Shown here: in pieces, positions 19,587-30,751 of the stretch
Numbering within the stretch: the stretch's first letter is position 1
Layout: each line of letters opens with the position of its first letter
Origin: Candidatus Bathyarchaeia archaeon
GTDB lineage: Archaea > Thermoproteota > Bathyarchaeia > Bathyarchaeales > Bathycorpusculaceae
NCBI GenBank assembly: GCA_049515895.1
Contig: JBEKTQ010000015.1
Location: 25,436-89,435, forward strand
Length of the DNA: 64,000 nucleotides
Direction: 5' to 3'
The notes under the pieces: generated by a model
What the model was told of the DNA's origin: nothing
The model's database searches: none
Seen by the model: only the letters and a program-made list of their open reading frames with translations
Made by a program: the position numbers and the translations under genes

Positions 19587-20750
19587 CTACTTATAAGTGT
19601 AGTCTCCTTTTAAGAAAGATTTTAGATTCTTTAGGTATTCGTTATATTCATAGTGTTTATGACAAAGTTCAAATTGCTCACTTTGATAATCTTTGTAATT
19701 TTCTTCATTATCAAGATACTTTAGGTCAAAACCAATTTTCTCAATCAGAGCATCGTAATCACCGTAAACGGTTCGGAGCGATCTAAAATCTTCCGTAAAA
19801 AAGGACGGATTATAAACGCTAAAGCTAATTCCGCCACTAAATATGGGTTCAACAAAATAACCATCTAAACCTTCGCCGAAGGTCAAAGCCCATTTTGCCT
19901 TTGAAATAGTTGCTTTGTACTCTTGGTAGGTCATTTTACGGATTGTTTGAAGTTTAAGATGGGGAAATTGCCGTGCAATCAGATTAAGTACTTCGGATCT
20001 CCGTGGGTGCAAATCGGGTGAAATTATCATCAAGTTTTCTTTTTCACAGTAATTTTTAAAATGATATTTCTCTGGACTTACAAAAACTGATAGACCATGC
20101 AAAGGAAAACCGAGTTTATTCCTGAGCTCAATTGTGGAATATTTTGAATGACCCGTAGTGCAAGTCAATTTTCCAAATCGACCTAATTTCTCTATGTATT
20201 TCATGGAGGGCAGAGAGTCTATATTTTGAATCATTATGTTAATTTGAATATTTTTTATTCGTTTTAAACTAAGATAGTCATTACGAGAAAGACTTAACAA
20301 GAATTTAGGGATTGCGTGTTCAGGAATATGCAGTTGTAAGTTTTCAAGTTTGTCAAAATAAGTTAACACTTGTGAAAAGCTGAACATGATATTATCATTT
20401 TCAAATTTAGAATATTTCAGTAATGGGGGATCGCACGGATAATTGCACAGAAGAGTTTCAGCATTGTGTATATGTTTAAGTTTATTGGTTTCTTCGAAAA
20501 TTGATGAAATCGACAAAATACCTCCATTCACTATATCAAGCCCTGGTGCCAAAAAAATAATCAGTCTCTTAGTGTTTTTGCTATAATTAGTCTCCAGCAA
20601 TTGCTTTTGATTCGCACGTACTCTGCGAGCCCTCGGTGAAAGCGAAAAGACCCGCCCATTAATCAAATCAACAATTTCAATAACTGGTTGCGTCAATTTC
20701 ACCGGAATCCGTGGAAACCAGTCCCTTAGATAGTCTCTTGCGCTTTTCAT
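19587..20750 (-). CDS. Hypothetical protein, possibly GT-B-like glycosyltransferase
   Basis: 387-aa ORF in glycan locus; NGGILSI near N-term and FGEGLDGYFVE near C-term resemble GT-B loops. Confidence 0.5.
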   Translation of the reverse strand: MKSARDYLRDWFPRIPVKLTQPVIEIVDLINGRVFSLSPRARRVRANQKQLLETNYSKNTKRLIIFLAPGLDIVNGGILSISSIFEETNKLKHIHNAETLLCNYPCDPPLLKYSKFENDNIMFSFSQVLTYFDKLENLQLHIPEHAIPKFLLSLSRNDYLSLKRIKNIQINIMIQNIDSLPSMKYIEKLGRFGKLTCTTGHSKYSTIELRNKLGFPLHGLSVFVSPEKYHFKNYCEKENLMIISPDLHPRRSEVLNLIARQFPHLKLQTIRKMTYQEYKATISKAKWALTFGEGLDGYFVEPIFSGGISFSVYNPSFFTEDFRSLRTVYGDYDALIEKIGFDLKYLDNEENYKDYQSEQFELCHKHYEYNEYLKNLKSFLKGDYTYK

Positions 20751-21099
20751 TGCGTTTTACTCTTTTTCCAAATATTTATTATTCATTTTGCAACAAACAG
20801 ATATAATAATACTTTGCGAGAAAAAAATCAATTGCTGGATAGTACCTGTAAGGGCCTCAATAATCCTGCCCGTAGGTCAATCAGTTTATCATATCTGTTT
20901 TCAACCAAATGTGAGTTGAAGTATAAAATACTGAGTTGGGTTTAAGCAGGCAGAACAATTTGTCCTAATAAACGGAAGGCTTAGAATGATAGGAAAAAGT
21001 CCCATAGCGACGTTATGGGTTAATGTATTTATTAAGAAAGCTGAAGAAAAGCAAGACTTGAAAGTGAGAAAGCATGGAGGAAAATCTGGTACAATTACT

Positions 21100-21908
21100 T
21101 TAAGGATTTGTTGGATTTTGGATTGGTTGTTTGCAGATTGAAAGGAACCCGAAGGAATAATCGTCTTCTGCAGTGATAAAGTTTGAAAGAGATAAATTGG
21201 GAACTTTTTTGTCTCTGCTTTCTTTCTGCCTGACACCTTTGTATATAATGTCTTGCCCCAACATGGTTACATTTCGAAAGTAATGTTTCAAAAGCCGTTC
21301 CGTTCAAATTCTTCCCGTTGTAATTCCCCAATGTGGAAAGGATTAAATGACCACAATGCAGTTCTTTTTCCGTTTGGACAACCTATATATGCTGTTCTAT
21401 TTGGATTAAGCACTCTCGCAATCTCCGCCATGAATCTGTGTTGGCATAGTTCATTCATGTGCTCCAAGACGTCGAAACTAATGACAGCATCGAAAGCACC
21501 TGAATCGAAATCAAGTTTTGTAACATCCATCTCTTTAAACTTTAGATTTGGAGTTTTAAAATTTTTCAAATCATATTCTATAGCCACTCTAGATATATCT
21601 ACGCCGATAATCGATTTTGCGCCGCTCACAGCAAGATGATGGGTTCCGTATCCAGCACCACAACCTGCATCTAAGCAGACACAGTCACTTACATAAGGAA
21701 GAACCCATTGGTATCTGTGAACATGTGCCAATACCACGAAATCATGACTCGCACACGCCGACTGCCATTTTTCAATAACAAGACGTTCATCATCACCGCT
21801 TACTCTCATGTTTTGAATAAAATGAGGCAGAGAAGGCAGTTTGGTAATAAGTTGAACTGGATGCTTAAGACCCCACATCAACAGGTCAAATTTGCTCATG
21901 CAATTCAC
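21100..21908 (-). pseudogene. SAM-dependent methyltransferase split by a 5-bp tandem duplication
   Basis: HVHRY, LDAGCGAGYG, FDVLEH, NPFHIGE; duplication CGTTC-CGTTC at 21296-21305; removing one copy gives EEFERLLKHYFRNVTMLGQ, joining ORF 21100-21291. Confidence 0.8.
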
Positions 21909-22024
21909 TAACCTCAGTTTTCACGGGTAATTGTTAAAATAGCTTTTGTTAGTTTAGAGGGTGCTAATAAACGTTAACTAATCTCAGTAAACTCAACAAT
22001 AATAACTTGAAGAGTAGTTAAATG

Positions 22025-23044
22025 TCATGCCGTTAGGAACAAATAAGAAAGTCTAGTCTTAACCATTTTGGTCGTAATTGTTTTGTCGTTAACTACACGA
22101 TTTTTTTGCAATATTTGTCTTCGGCTTAAAATATATTTGTAGTTCTTGATAATCCAACAAAAAGCATTTAGAATTGCAATTGATCTTTGGGTATCATTAA
22201 GTGAAAAAAACAAGAAGCCGCATATTTCTATGCTTGCAAGTTTTGGCAGGTTTCTAGCAATGTTCAATTTTTCATAATTAGTTAGCAATATAGCAAATCT
22301 ATTTTTGGTCTGATGAAAAACAAAAAAAGGAATCACCCCGTCCTTATGTGTTATTCCGCCTCTTGCGTGAAAGGAGAGAGCCAAATTGCTTACAACTAAT
22401 TTATAGCCCTTCATACGCAAACGCCAAGACAAATCCAAATCTTCACAATAAAAAACGAATGAACTATCAAAAAGCTGTGAGCCCATTTTCACTTCATCAA
22501 TGGTTTTTTTCTTTATAAGAAACGCTGCACCATCTGCATAAAATATTTCTTCAAATAAACTGTAGTTTTCTTTATCCTTGAGGCCATTATTTTTAAGGTA
22601 TGAAAAGCCTAAATTATCTACTTCACCACCGAGACTATCTATAATTGTGGGTTTTGTAAGCTGCATCAATTTACTCTGAACGGCACCGATTGAATTGTCT
22701 GTTTCTGCAATAGATACCAAATGCTTCAAACAATTTTCGTCAACAACAACATCAGGATTTAAGAAAAATAAGTATTCAGCTTTTGGATTTACAAAACATA
22801 AACTTCTGTTATATCCCTCCGCGTATCCAAAATTTTCAGCATTTGAGAAAAATTTTATTCGAGCATCATATGAAAACAAAAGCTTTGCATTAACAAAACT
22901 GTTATCGGTGGAGCAATTGTCCAACAAAATGACTTCAAATGCTGGGTAGGACAATTTAAGAACAGAAGAAAGACAGCCCGCCAAATATTTATCACCGTTA
23001 AAATTGAGAATTATTATAGAAACATATGGCATGCTTCTTAGCAT
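22025..23044 (-). CDS. Glycosyltransferase family 2 (rhamnosyltransferase-like)
   Basis: VSIIILNFNG, DNCSTD, FLNPD, EDLDLSWR. Confidence 0.9.
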   Translation of the reverse strand: MLRSMPYVSIIILNFNGDKYLAGCLSSVLKLSYPAFEVILLDNCSTDNSFVNAKLLFSYDARIKFFSNAENFGYAEGYNRSLCFVNPKAEYLFFLNPDVVVDENCLKHLVSIAETDNSIGAVQSKLMQLTKPTIIDSLGGEVDNLGFSYLKNNGLKDKENYSLFEEIFYADGAAFLIKKKTIDEVKMGSQLFDSSFVFYCEDLDLSWRLRMKGYKLVVSNLALSFHARGGITHKDGVIPFFVFHQTKNRFAILLTNYEKLNIARNLPKLASIEICGFLFFSLNDTQRSIAILNAFCWIIKNYKYILSRRQILQKNRVVNDKTITTKMVKTRLSYLFLTA

Positions 23045-23056
23045 ATAAAGTAACTC

Positions 23057-25873
23057 TCATGCAGTCCAGTTTTTGTAAGGTGCAATGTGTAATGCAGCAT
23101 TAAGAAGATCATCTAACATATTGTTATCTGATCCCGAAAACTCGGCAGAACCAAGTCTAATAAAATCTCCTGAATTTTTCCCGTCTGCTGCGGGAAAGAC
23201 CTTTACCCAACTACTTGCCATGGAAGAATTAACGACATTTGCCAAAACATAACTTACTTCAGAAGAACTTATGGGATAAAGGGCTGAATAATTTGAAGAT
23301 ATTCCCCATGCAACACCCTCATTTGTCACCGATGTACTGGATGCATTATAGCTATTGCTAAAATCTGACTGCACCCCGAGAATATTTATTGAAACCTGCT
23401 CTGGCAAAGTTGTGAAAGGTCCATCGCTGTGACCCTCATAGAGAAATGGAGCGTCGCCAATCCAGACTACTCTCCCTCCTGCATTGAGAAAGCTACGCAC
23501 GAGGGAAGTTGAATCCTGACTTGTTAATATTGTATCTGGAACTGTGCCCGTAGGCAAAACTAGAACTGATTCGCTGGCTGAATTATTCTCGATTGAATTA
23601 GTCATCCATTCATTCAATTTATCAGCATCGAGGCCTGCAAATTCATTTGATTGCAGAAACGTGACAATCCCAGTAAGGTTTTGCACCCCTGAAGTTGGAT
23701 ATTTGGAATCAAAGAAGTAGACTTTTGTTAAAGATTCTGCAGTATCTAGCATTTCGTCTGCAAGTGTGCTGTTAAATTTAATTAACTCTGCATTTCCAAC
23801 CTGTTTTTCGAGGGAAAAGTACGGGGCTTCTAGCAAATTTTGTGGATTAAAAGTGAATCGTGATGAATCGTTTTGCCCATAGGTTAAATCTTCAGATCCA
23901 ATGTAAACATACGAAATATTGTAATACAATAATGAGTCTAATAGTGATATACCAGCGGGTCTTTCCTTAAGTGCGGTTAGAAGGTTTTCATATTTTGCGG
24001 AAAAACTGTCTAAACTGTACGGGTATATTGTCTTTCTCTGCGCTATCGAAGTTACATATTGTCCAGAATCACCGCTGCTCACTAACACTATTGAATCCAT
24101 AGGAGTATTAGTTTTCATCCATAGCATGAGGGTTATATCATTCGGACCTAAAACGTCGTATGTCTTTAGATCTGCTTTCACAACGTTAATTTGACCCTCA
24201 AATTCTCGGAAACCGACTACAAAAATATTTCCAAACAAAAGCAAAAGAATAAGTATAGCATATAATTTTCTATGAGATGCTCGAAGGCTGCGATTTGCTT
24301 TCATGGAAACGCATTTTAACAATAGATCAATGCTAAAAAATAAAAGATAGATTGATACTGCGGCAAGTAAAATACTAGGTATCAAGATAAATGAAAAAAC
24401 TCGTTGTGACGGAAACAAATCGTAACCTATAAAAATAATTCTTTTGTTACTCAAAAAAAGCAAATAGAAGAACAATAATCCCATCAAACTCATTATCAAT
24501 AAAGCAGGTTTCAGCAGGAAATTAGGCAACATTGTTTTTACACGCTTTGATTTCAGACAAAACAATGCAAGTACCGGAACTGCAATTATTGAAATGAATG
24601 TAAATATGAGCACTGTGCCAAACTGTGTTACAAGCAAATTAGGCAAAAAATTTGACAAAATCAAGTGCCTAATAGCGGTGTCAGTTAACAGGTTTGGAAT
24701 ATCAACCAAGATGGCACCACTTGGAATATCTGAAGCATAACCACCATTGTTGGAAGAGAAAATAATATGATAAAGTGAGTTGAAATAAGGTAAAACAAAT
24801 AAAAGTGGAACTAAAGCAATTAAAAATGATCCGATCTTTCGTCTAGATATATATGAAAAGAAGCTTTTAATATTCTCAACGAAATTAGCCTTCGCATAAT
24901 ACGTTTTTCTGATAAGGGTAAATGATACGATTATGAGGAACCAAAAGAAAATGAAAAGCATCGAAACGGAATAGACTTCTATAGAGAAATAAACAAAAAG
25001 TGCCAATAGGAACAAAGAAGAGAATCTTGCACTTTGACTTTCGAAAGGAAGTAACACAACTCCTAAACTCGAAATGCAGATATAGATCGAAAAAATGAAG
25101 GGAACACCACTCCAACCCAATACTTGCCAGATCACTGTCCCGCTAACCAAAAAGACAGAGCAAAAGCTAGCTATTAATGCTACAATCGAATTTTTGAACA
25201 AACTTTTGGCCGACGAATAGAAAGAAAGGGCAATTAGACCTGGAAACAAAGACATAAATAAAGGCACAATTTGATAAATCGGTATTCCAAGAATTGTTGC
25301 AATGAAGGCACCGATACTATAAAAGCCCATGCCATAAGTCTGCTGAAAAGCGGCATAAGGTGCGGTTGTGCCTCCAAGTAATGCATGAGGATTGGCTAAA
25401 GTTACTCTAAGCATAAAAGTGTGGAACGCGCCATCATCGGCGGTGGATCCGTAATAACCTGAAATCAAAGAACTTGATAGTAGCCACGCGGCAACCAGTA
25501 TTACAAATATTGTAAGGAATACTAAAAGTTCACGTCTTTCATGCAGAATTCCAATTTTAAGAGCCCCATTCTTCTCTTCTCTTACCAGAAGCAAAAATAC
25601 CCCAATTATTGTAACAGTTAGGAGAACGTACGAGCTAAATCGAATTGTAATTCCACCTAAAGAAAAGAGTTCCAAAAAAATCGAGGCAAACGCCATTCCC
25701 ATTATTATCTTGAGATTTAGTTTTTGAATAAAATCTAACTTAACTAGAGATCTTTGAGCAAAAAGATTAGTAATAAGGTGCCCCATCAAAAAGAAAATGG
25801 TACATGAGAGAAAAATGAAGGATAGAGGACTAAGAAGCCCTATAGGAAGAACATTAAACACTTTTCTATTCAC
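23057..25873 (-). CDS. Large multi-pass membrane protein, GT-C-like, with C-terminal soluble domains
   Basis: Many TM segments in first ~550 aa, DDGAFH loop, then WMKTNTP...YNISYVYIG domain and a further alpha/beta domain. Confidence 0.55.
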   Translation of the reverse strand: MNRKVFNVLPIGLLSPLSFIFLSCTIFFLMGHLITNLFAQRSLVKLDFIQKLNLKIIMGMAFASIFLELFSLGGITIRFSSYVLLTVTIIGVFLLLVREEKNGALKIGILHERRELLVFLTIFVILVAAWLLSSSLISGYYGSTADDGAFHTFMLRVTLANPHALLGGTTAPYAAFQQTYGMGFYSIGAFIATILGIPIYQIVPLFMSLFPGLIALSFYSSAKSLFKNSIVALIASFCSVFLVSGTVIWQVLGWSGVPFIFSIYICISSLGVVLLPFESQSARFSSLFLLALFVYFSIEVYSVSMLFIFFWFLIIVSFTLIRKTYYAKANFVENIKSFFSYISRRKIGSFLIALVPLLFVLPYFNSLYHIIFSSNNGGYASDIPSGAILVDIPNLLTDTAIRHLILSNFLPNLLVTQFGTVLIFTFISIIAVPVLALFCLKSKRVKTMLPNFLLKPALLIMSLMGLLFFYLLFLSNKRIIFIGYDLFPSQRVFSFILIPSILLAAVSIYLLFFSIDLLLKCVSMKANRSLRASHRKLYAILILLLLFGNIFVVGFREFEGQINVVKADLKTYDVLGPNDITLMLWMKTNTPMDSIVLVSSGDSGQYVTSIAQRKTIYPYSLDSFSAKYENLLTALKERPAGISLLDSLLYYNISYVYIGSEDLTYGQNDSSRFTFNPQNLLEAPYFSLEKQVGNAELIKFNSTLADEMLDTAESLTKVYFFDSKYPTSGVQNLTGIVTFLQSNEFAGLDADKLNEWMTNSIENNSASESVLVLPTGTVPDTILTSQDSTSLVRSFLNAGGRVVWIGDAPFLYEGHSDGPFTTLPEQVSINILGVQSDFSNSYNASSTSVTNEGVAWGISSNYSALYPISSSEVSYVLANVVNSSMASSWVKVFPAADGKNSGDFIRLGSAEFSGSDNNMLDDLLNAALHIAPYKNWTA

Positions 25874-26882
25874 ACATTGTTATAGAACGGTATAATTCCA
25901 AATGTCTCAAAGCAGCTTTATTCCAATTAAATTCGCTTGCTTTTGATATTGCTCGTGCACCTAGTCGATCTCGCACGTCAGGATTATTAATCAGAAATAG
26001 AATAGAATCACGCAACGCAGCTCTGTCCCCTTGCCTAAGCAAGAAACCCAAATCTTTGGCTATTATTTGTTGAAAATCTCCTGTTGAATAAGCAATGACT
26101 GGAAGTCCGCACGCCATTGCTTCCACGACAGAGAGACCAAATCCTTCTATTTCTGAAACGTGAACATAAACATCGGAGGCATTTAATAATTCCGCCAGAA
26201 GTGGTTCAGGAATACTTTCAAAATGAAGGATTCTTAAAGATTGTTTTTTCGCGAGGTCCAATATATCAGGCAAACACTCACCTTTACCTACTAAGATCAG
26301 AACAGCATTTTGAATTCCTGATAGTGCTTTAACAATATCAATTTGTCTCTTATGCCTAACCAATCGTCCCACACTAATAACGACAAAAGATTCGTTTATC
26401 TGATATTCATTGCGGGTCTTTTCTCTGATAAGTCGATTGCTAGTAAAAATGTCACTCACTCCATGATAAATCACCGAGACTTTTTCGGAGTCTAAACCTT
26501 TCCTTAATAAAGCCTGTTTAGTAGCGTAAGATGGAACAATAACGTGTTTCGCTCGCTTACACTGATAATATTCGAAGAGACCAAAAGCGGAATAGCGTAT
26601 TCCTAATCGAGAATAATCATGGTGGTAGGTTTCGACTATGTTGGGGTGCGTGACAAGAAACCCAGCACCCTCATTTGAATGGACAACATCGTACTTTCTA
26701 AAATCCAAAACTGCGTTATTTGCCATAAGAAGCAATGGACCTAAATTTAGCACCCTAAAATTCGTTGTGAAAATATCCACTGAAACGCCAAGCGATTCAA
26801 GTGCCTTTTTCAAATTCCACGAAAATTTTCCAGTACCGAATTCTTGCAGACCATACGCATAAGTTAAGAAAGCTATCCGCAC
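25866..26882 (-). CDS. Glycosyltransferase family 4
   Basis: VGRLVRHK, EGFGLSVVEAMACGLPVI. Confidence 0.92.
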   Translation of the reverse strand: MRIAFLTYAYGLQEFGTGKFSWNLKKALESLGVSVDIFTTNFRVLNLGPLLLMANNAVLDFRKYDVVHSNEGAGFLVTHPNIVETYHHDYSRLGIRYSAFGLFEYYQCKRAKHVIVPSYATKQALLRKGLDSEKVSVIYHGVSDIFTSNRLIREKTRNEYQINESFVVISVGRLVRHKRQIDIVKALSGIQNAVLILVGKGECLPDILDLAKKQSLRILHFESIPEPLLAELLNASDVYVHVSEIEGFGLSVVEAMACGLPVIAYSTGDFQQIIAKDLGFLLRQGDRAALRDSILFLINNPDVRDRLGARAISKASEFNWNKAALRHLELYRSITMCE

Positions 26883-28096
26883 GTAAGATTTGTTCCCTCA
26901 TTTATTTTTGTTAATACTTCAATCATTCTTTTGCCAATCATTTCAGACGTTAAGAATTCTGAAACATACCGTCGACCATTTAAGCCAAATTTAAGACAAG
27001 ACTCTCTATCAGTATAAAGAGCTAAAACAGCTTTTGCAAATCCACTTGCATCTTTAGGCTTAACAATTATCCCAGACCGGGTTGATTCAACGTATCTTGC
27101 AGCTTCCCCGTTTGAAACACATACTATGGGTTTACCGTGAGCTTGATACTCAAAAACTTTTGTAGGAAGCCCCAAATCCACAATGTTTGAATTCGCCATC
27201 GGAAGAATGAAAACATCTGAAGAATTTAAAAAAGATTCCAGATCATCTTTGGAAAGGAAACGAGTATCCAGGACTATATTTTGGAGACCAGAGGCTTCAA
27301 TAGACTGCCTCAGTTTGTCAGCCATTTCCCCAACACCTCTAATAACAAAAAATATGCCCTTCTCATTTTCTAATATTTTTGCGCCTTCTAAAACTACTTC
27401 AAGATCGTATCCCAAACCCAAAACGCCCGAATACATAACAACAAAACGGTCACCAGAATCATGAATAGTATTCATAGGTGGGATTTTTTTTACACCAACT
27501 TCGATTACGTGAATCTTAGCTGGATCTATCCCATATTTGGCCACTATGGCGCGTTTATATCCTGTACTGATAGGTGTTATTACATCAGGGATTACATAGG
27601 ATATCCGCGCTAGGAAATCTAGAAATTTCTTAACATATTTTGATCGTACAATCTCCATTTCATAAAATACTTCGGGCCACAAATCATCAACATTCCTTGC
27701 AATGGGTGCTCTCTTAATAATGCCATATGTGATCATAGGGAAAAAAGAGAACAAGTTTGGATTAGCACCCCAAATTACGTCAGTTTTTCCTACAAAAGGT
27801 AGGGCAAATAAAGAAGAAAGAACAAAAGTGAAATGCAAGAAAATTCGTTTTAGATTACTGTTATGAGGAATTGACGGGATCCAAACCCGACAAACTCTTA
27901 CAGAACCTAGCAGTTCATTTACCATAGCTTTGTGCCTATATTCTTTCGGGACTATACCATGCGGATAATGAGGAAAAGCAGTCACAACGGTGACTTCACA
28001 ACCACAACTAACTAAACCATTAACCACGTTAGAAGCTCGAGTACTGCCACCACCCATGTCAGGAGGGAAATATTGAGCTAAGACAAGAACTTTCAT
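26873..28096 (-). CDS. Glycosyltransferase family 4 (WbuB-like)
   Basis: QYFPPDMGG, FPHYPHG, DLWPE, PTKVFEYQAHGKPI. Confidence 0.9.
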   Translation of the reverse strand: MKVLVLAQYFPPDMGGGSTRASNVVNGLVSCGCEVTVVTAFPHYPHGIVPKEYRHKAMVNELLGSVRVCRVWIPSIPHNSNLKRIFLHFTFVLSSLFALPFVGKTDVIWGANPNLFSFFPMITYGIIKRAPIARNVDDLWPEVFYEMEIVRSKYVKKFLDFLARISYVIPDVITPISTGYKRAIVAKYGIDPAKIHVIEVGVKKIPPMNTIHDSGDRFVVMYSGVLGLGYDLEVVLEGAKILENEKGIFFVIRGVGEMADKLRQSIEASGLQNIVLDTRFLSKDDLESFLNSSDVFILPMANSNIVDLGLPTKVFEYQAHGKPIVCVSNGEAARYVESTRSGIIVKPKDASGFAKAVLALYTDRESCLKFGLNGRRYVSEFLTSEMIGKRMIEVLTKINEGTNLTCG

Positions 28097-28340
28097 GTTA
28101 ACAACGCCACATGGTTGAACACATACAATTGATGCAACTATTAGCTTTACAGAATTTCATTAAATCGTTAATATTCAAACATGATTTTCTTGAATAATGA
28201 GCGAAAAATGCCAAAGACATCATGAAAAAGAAGAAGCTACCCTTGTTAACCACTTGGGGTATATTGGTTGCTTCAGCTAGCAAATTAAAGCCTGAAAAAC
28301 GTTTTTTGCAAGAAGCTAGGATTATAACTTAAACCGACTT

Positions 28341-29285
28341 TTATTTTTCATTTTTTTTAATTCTTGAAATAGCGTATAATGTTATAGCAGTTGACAACAT
28401 GAAAAAAGCCATGAAAATAAATGACATTGAAGCCAAGGCTATATTTGTTACAATTCTATGTTCATCAGCATAAAGCTGCAACATCCAAGCTCCAAAAAGG
28501 GTGCCTAAAGCTAGGAATATTATTCCGGGTACGCCAACAGCCAGAAGCGGTCTATCTTCAACCACTAACCTGATTATTGACTTAAGAAGACCAATTCCAT
28601 GAGTGAGTGGATGCTCACTTGACGTCTTCTTTCCAGCACTATCTTTGTACTTGCAAGAGATTGGAACTTCACAAAATGTTAGGCCGAATTTTTTAAGTTC
28701 CATAAGAAGCTCAATACTGGCACCCATACCCATCTCGGACAAAGTTAAACACTCTAGAGCCCGAGAATTATAAGCTCTGAAACCGCTTTGGGCGTCGCTA
28801 ACACCGTTTTTGGCGGATCCGTTAACCAATTTAGTGATAACCTTTACGCCAATTTGCCGATAAATAGGCATTTCAACTGTACCGTTTTTGTCGATAAACC
28901 TGCTGCCAACAACAACGTCACAATCCCCGTTTACTATAGGGTTTATTAAAAGTGGAATCTCTTGAGGATCATGCTGTCCATCGGCGTCTATAGTGATAAA
29001 CACGTCTGCATTCAGCGATCGAGCGTTCTTAAATAAACTCTGAAGGGCAGCGCCATATCCTAAATTCGAACTATGTTTAATAACATCTGCACCTGAACGT
29101 TCAGCAACTTTTGACGTATGATCACTGGAACCATCATCACATACAATAACTTCGTCTGCAAACTTTTGGGCATCCAAAATTATTCTTGCTATATTTCTTT
29201 CTTCATTAAAGGCTGGTATACCGACGACAATGAATGGCTTTGCCTCAGTGAACGCGTTGGTCTCAATCGCTTCTATTTCAACCAT
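28341..29285 (-). CDS. Glycosyltransferase family 2, polyprenol/dolichol-phosphate sugar synthase-like, two C-terminal TMs
   Basis: IPAFNEE, DDGSSD, DADGQH, VVGSRF, DAQSGFRAY. Confidence 0.9.
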   Translation of the reverse strand: MVEIEAIETNAFTEAKPFIVVGIPAFNEERNIARIILDAQKFADEVIVCDDGSSDHTSKVAERSGADVIKHSSNLGYGAALQSLFKNARSLNADVFITIDADGQHDPQEIPLLINPIVNGDCDVVVGSRFIDKNGTVEMPIYRQIGVKVITKLVNGSAKNGVSDAQSGFRAYNSRALECLTLSEMGMGASIELLMELKKFGLTFCEVPISCKYKDSAGKKTSSEHPLTHGIGLLKSIIRLVVEDRPLLAVGVPGIIFLALGTLFGAWMLQLYADEHRIVTNIALASMSFIFMAFFMLSTAITLYAISRIKKNEK

Positions 29286-29413
29286 TTACCTTTCTTTCCT
29301 TCAAGCTAAGAGATACCCAGTTTTTATTGTATGAGCCAATTTAAAAAGGCTACGCATCTCAAATCTACTTAATAAACATTTGGAGAATAAGCGACGTCGC
29401 AAGAAATCCATAT

Positions 29414-30355
29414 TTAGGTGGCAAATGTGTTTTCTTCAATCAGCACTCGGAGGCCATCCCTCAAAGGAACCATCGGCTTATAACCCAAGAACTTCTCAGC
29501 CTTAGAGATATTTGCATAACTATCCTTAATATCGCCGACTCGAGACTTTTCATGACGAATCTCCAAGTTTGCGTCAGCCAACTTCAAAATTGTTTCAGCT
29601 AACTCATTAATAGAAGTGTTCTTGCCAGAGCCGATATTGAAAACTTCGCCCACAGCCTTGCCGTTTTCCATGGAAGTCAAAACTGCCTCAACCACATCTT
29701 TCACATTAACAAAGTCTCTAGTTTGTGAACCATCACCATAAATAACCAAAGGTGACTTCTGCTTCGTAAATTCGATGAAGCGCGTAATCACTCCGCTATA
29801 ATCATTCATGCCTTGTCTCGGACCATAAACATTAAAGAAACGTAAAATAACTGACCCTAAAAGTTTCCTCGCACTAAAGCCCAAACAATAACGTTCGCCC
29901 AGCAACTTTGACTCTGCATAAGGCGAAATCGGGTTAGTCCGCGCTTCTTCGGTTAGAGGCAGGAATTCAGGATTACCACAAACTGCGCAGCTGGACGCAA
30001 AAACGAATCGATCAACTCGCTTTTCAATACTTGAACGAAGCAAATTCAATGTTCCCGTAAGGTTGATTTCAAAAGTTAGATCAGGATTCTTAACCGAGAA
30101 AGGCACGCTAGTCAAAGCTGCCAAATGAACAACTGTATCGATATCATCAAGAGACTTTCTTACAAGCGAAGCATCACGAATGTCGCCCTTAACAAAATCC
30201 ACTTTACCCCAACTCAAATATCTCTGAATATTGGTTAGGCTGCCAGTGGATAAGTCATCAATAATCCTAACAGCATAACCGTCGTTAACTAATCGGTCAA
30301 CCAGATGGCTACCGATAAATCCAGCCCCGCCTGTTACCAAGACTTTCGTGGGCAT
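29414..30355 (-). CDS. NAD-dependent epimerase (UDP-glucose 4-epimerase-like)
   Basis: VTGGAGFIGSHL, SPYAESK, RFFNVYGPRQ, GDGSQTRDF. Confidence 0.9.
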   Translation of the reverse strand: MPTKVLVTGGAGFIGSHLVDRLVNDGYAVRIIDDLSTGSLTNIQRYLSWGKVDFVKGDIRDASLVRKSLDDIDTVVHLAALTSVPFSVKNPDLTFEINLTGTLNLLRSSIEKRVDRFVFASSCAVCGNPEFLPLTEEARTNPISPYAESKLLGERYCLGFSARKLLGSVILRFFNVYGPRQGMNDYSGVITRFIEFTKQKSPLVIYGDGSQTRDFVNVKDVVEAVLTSMENGKAVGEVFNIGSGKNTSINELAETILKLADANLEIRHEKSRVGDIKDSYANISKAEKFLGYKPMVPLRDGLRVLIEENTFAT

Positions 30356-30388
30356 GCGAATTAATTACCGATTAAATATTTCATAAAG

Positions 30389-30751
30389 TCATCTGTTTGA
30401 GTGCATTACAGCCAAGAAAAACGCAAACGACGAATCAGTTGCCCAGTTTTTGGCCGAAGCATTGCCTAATTTCTGAGCAACTAAACTAATTTTTACGGCA
30501 AGCTGAAACCCAATCAACTTCAACGACTTAATGACACTGCTTTCCAAAAGCCCTTCCAACTTACCAATGACAGCAAAGATACTTTTAGCCAAAGAGGTGC
30601 TACGTATGTTTTCTGCTACTTTTATCGTCAAATCAACTAGCACTCTGTCAATTCTAGGCAAGGCTTTGAACCATACGCCGGCGCGCATGGCTTTTAACTT
30701 TAATCTTATCAGTTGTGTTCTATTTAGGTAACTGGAAGCGCCTTCTTGCAT
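30389..30751 (-). CDS. Conserved hypothetical basic protein
   Basis: 120-aa ATG ORF, protein-like (KAMRAGVWFKAL...LGNASAKNW); function unknown. Confidence 0.6.
   Translation of the reverse strand: MQEGASSYLNRTQLIRLKLKAMRAGVWFKALPRIDRVLVDLTIKVAENIRSTSLAKSIFAVIGKLEGLLESSVIKSLKLIGFQLAVKISLVAQKLGNASAKNWATDSSFAFFLAVMHSNR

Noticed and set aside
20880-21100. Protein-like + strand reading (LINGRLRMIGKSP...) and minus ORF 20901-21236
   Set aside because: No convincing start or motif; at most an unassignable gene remnant.
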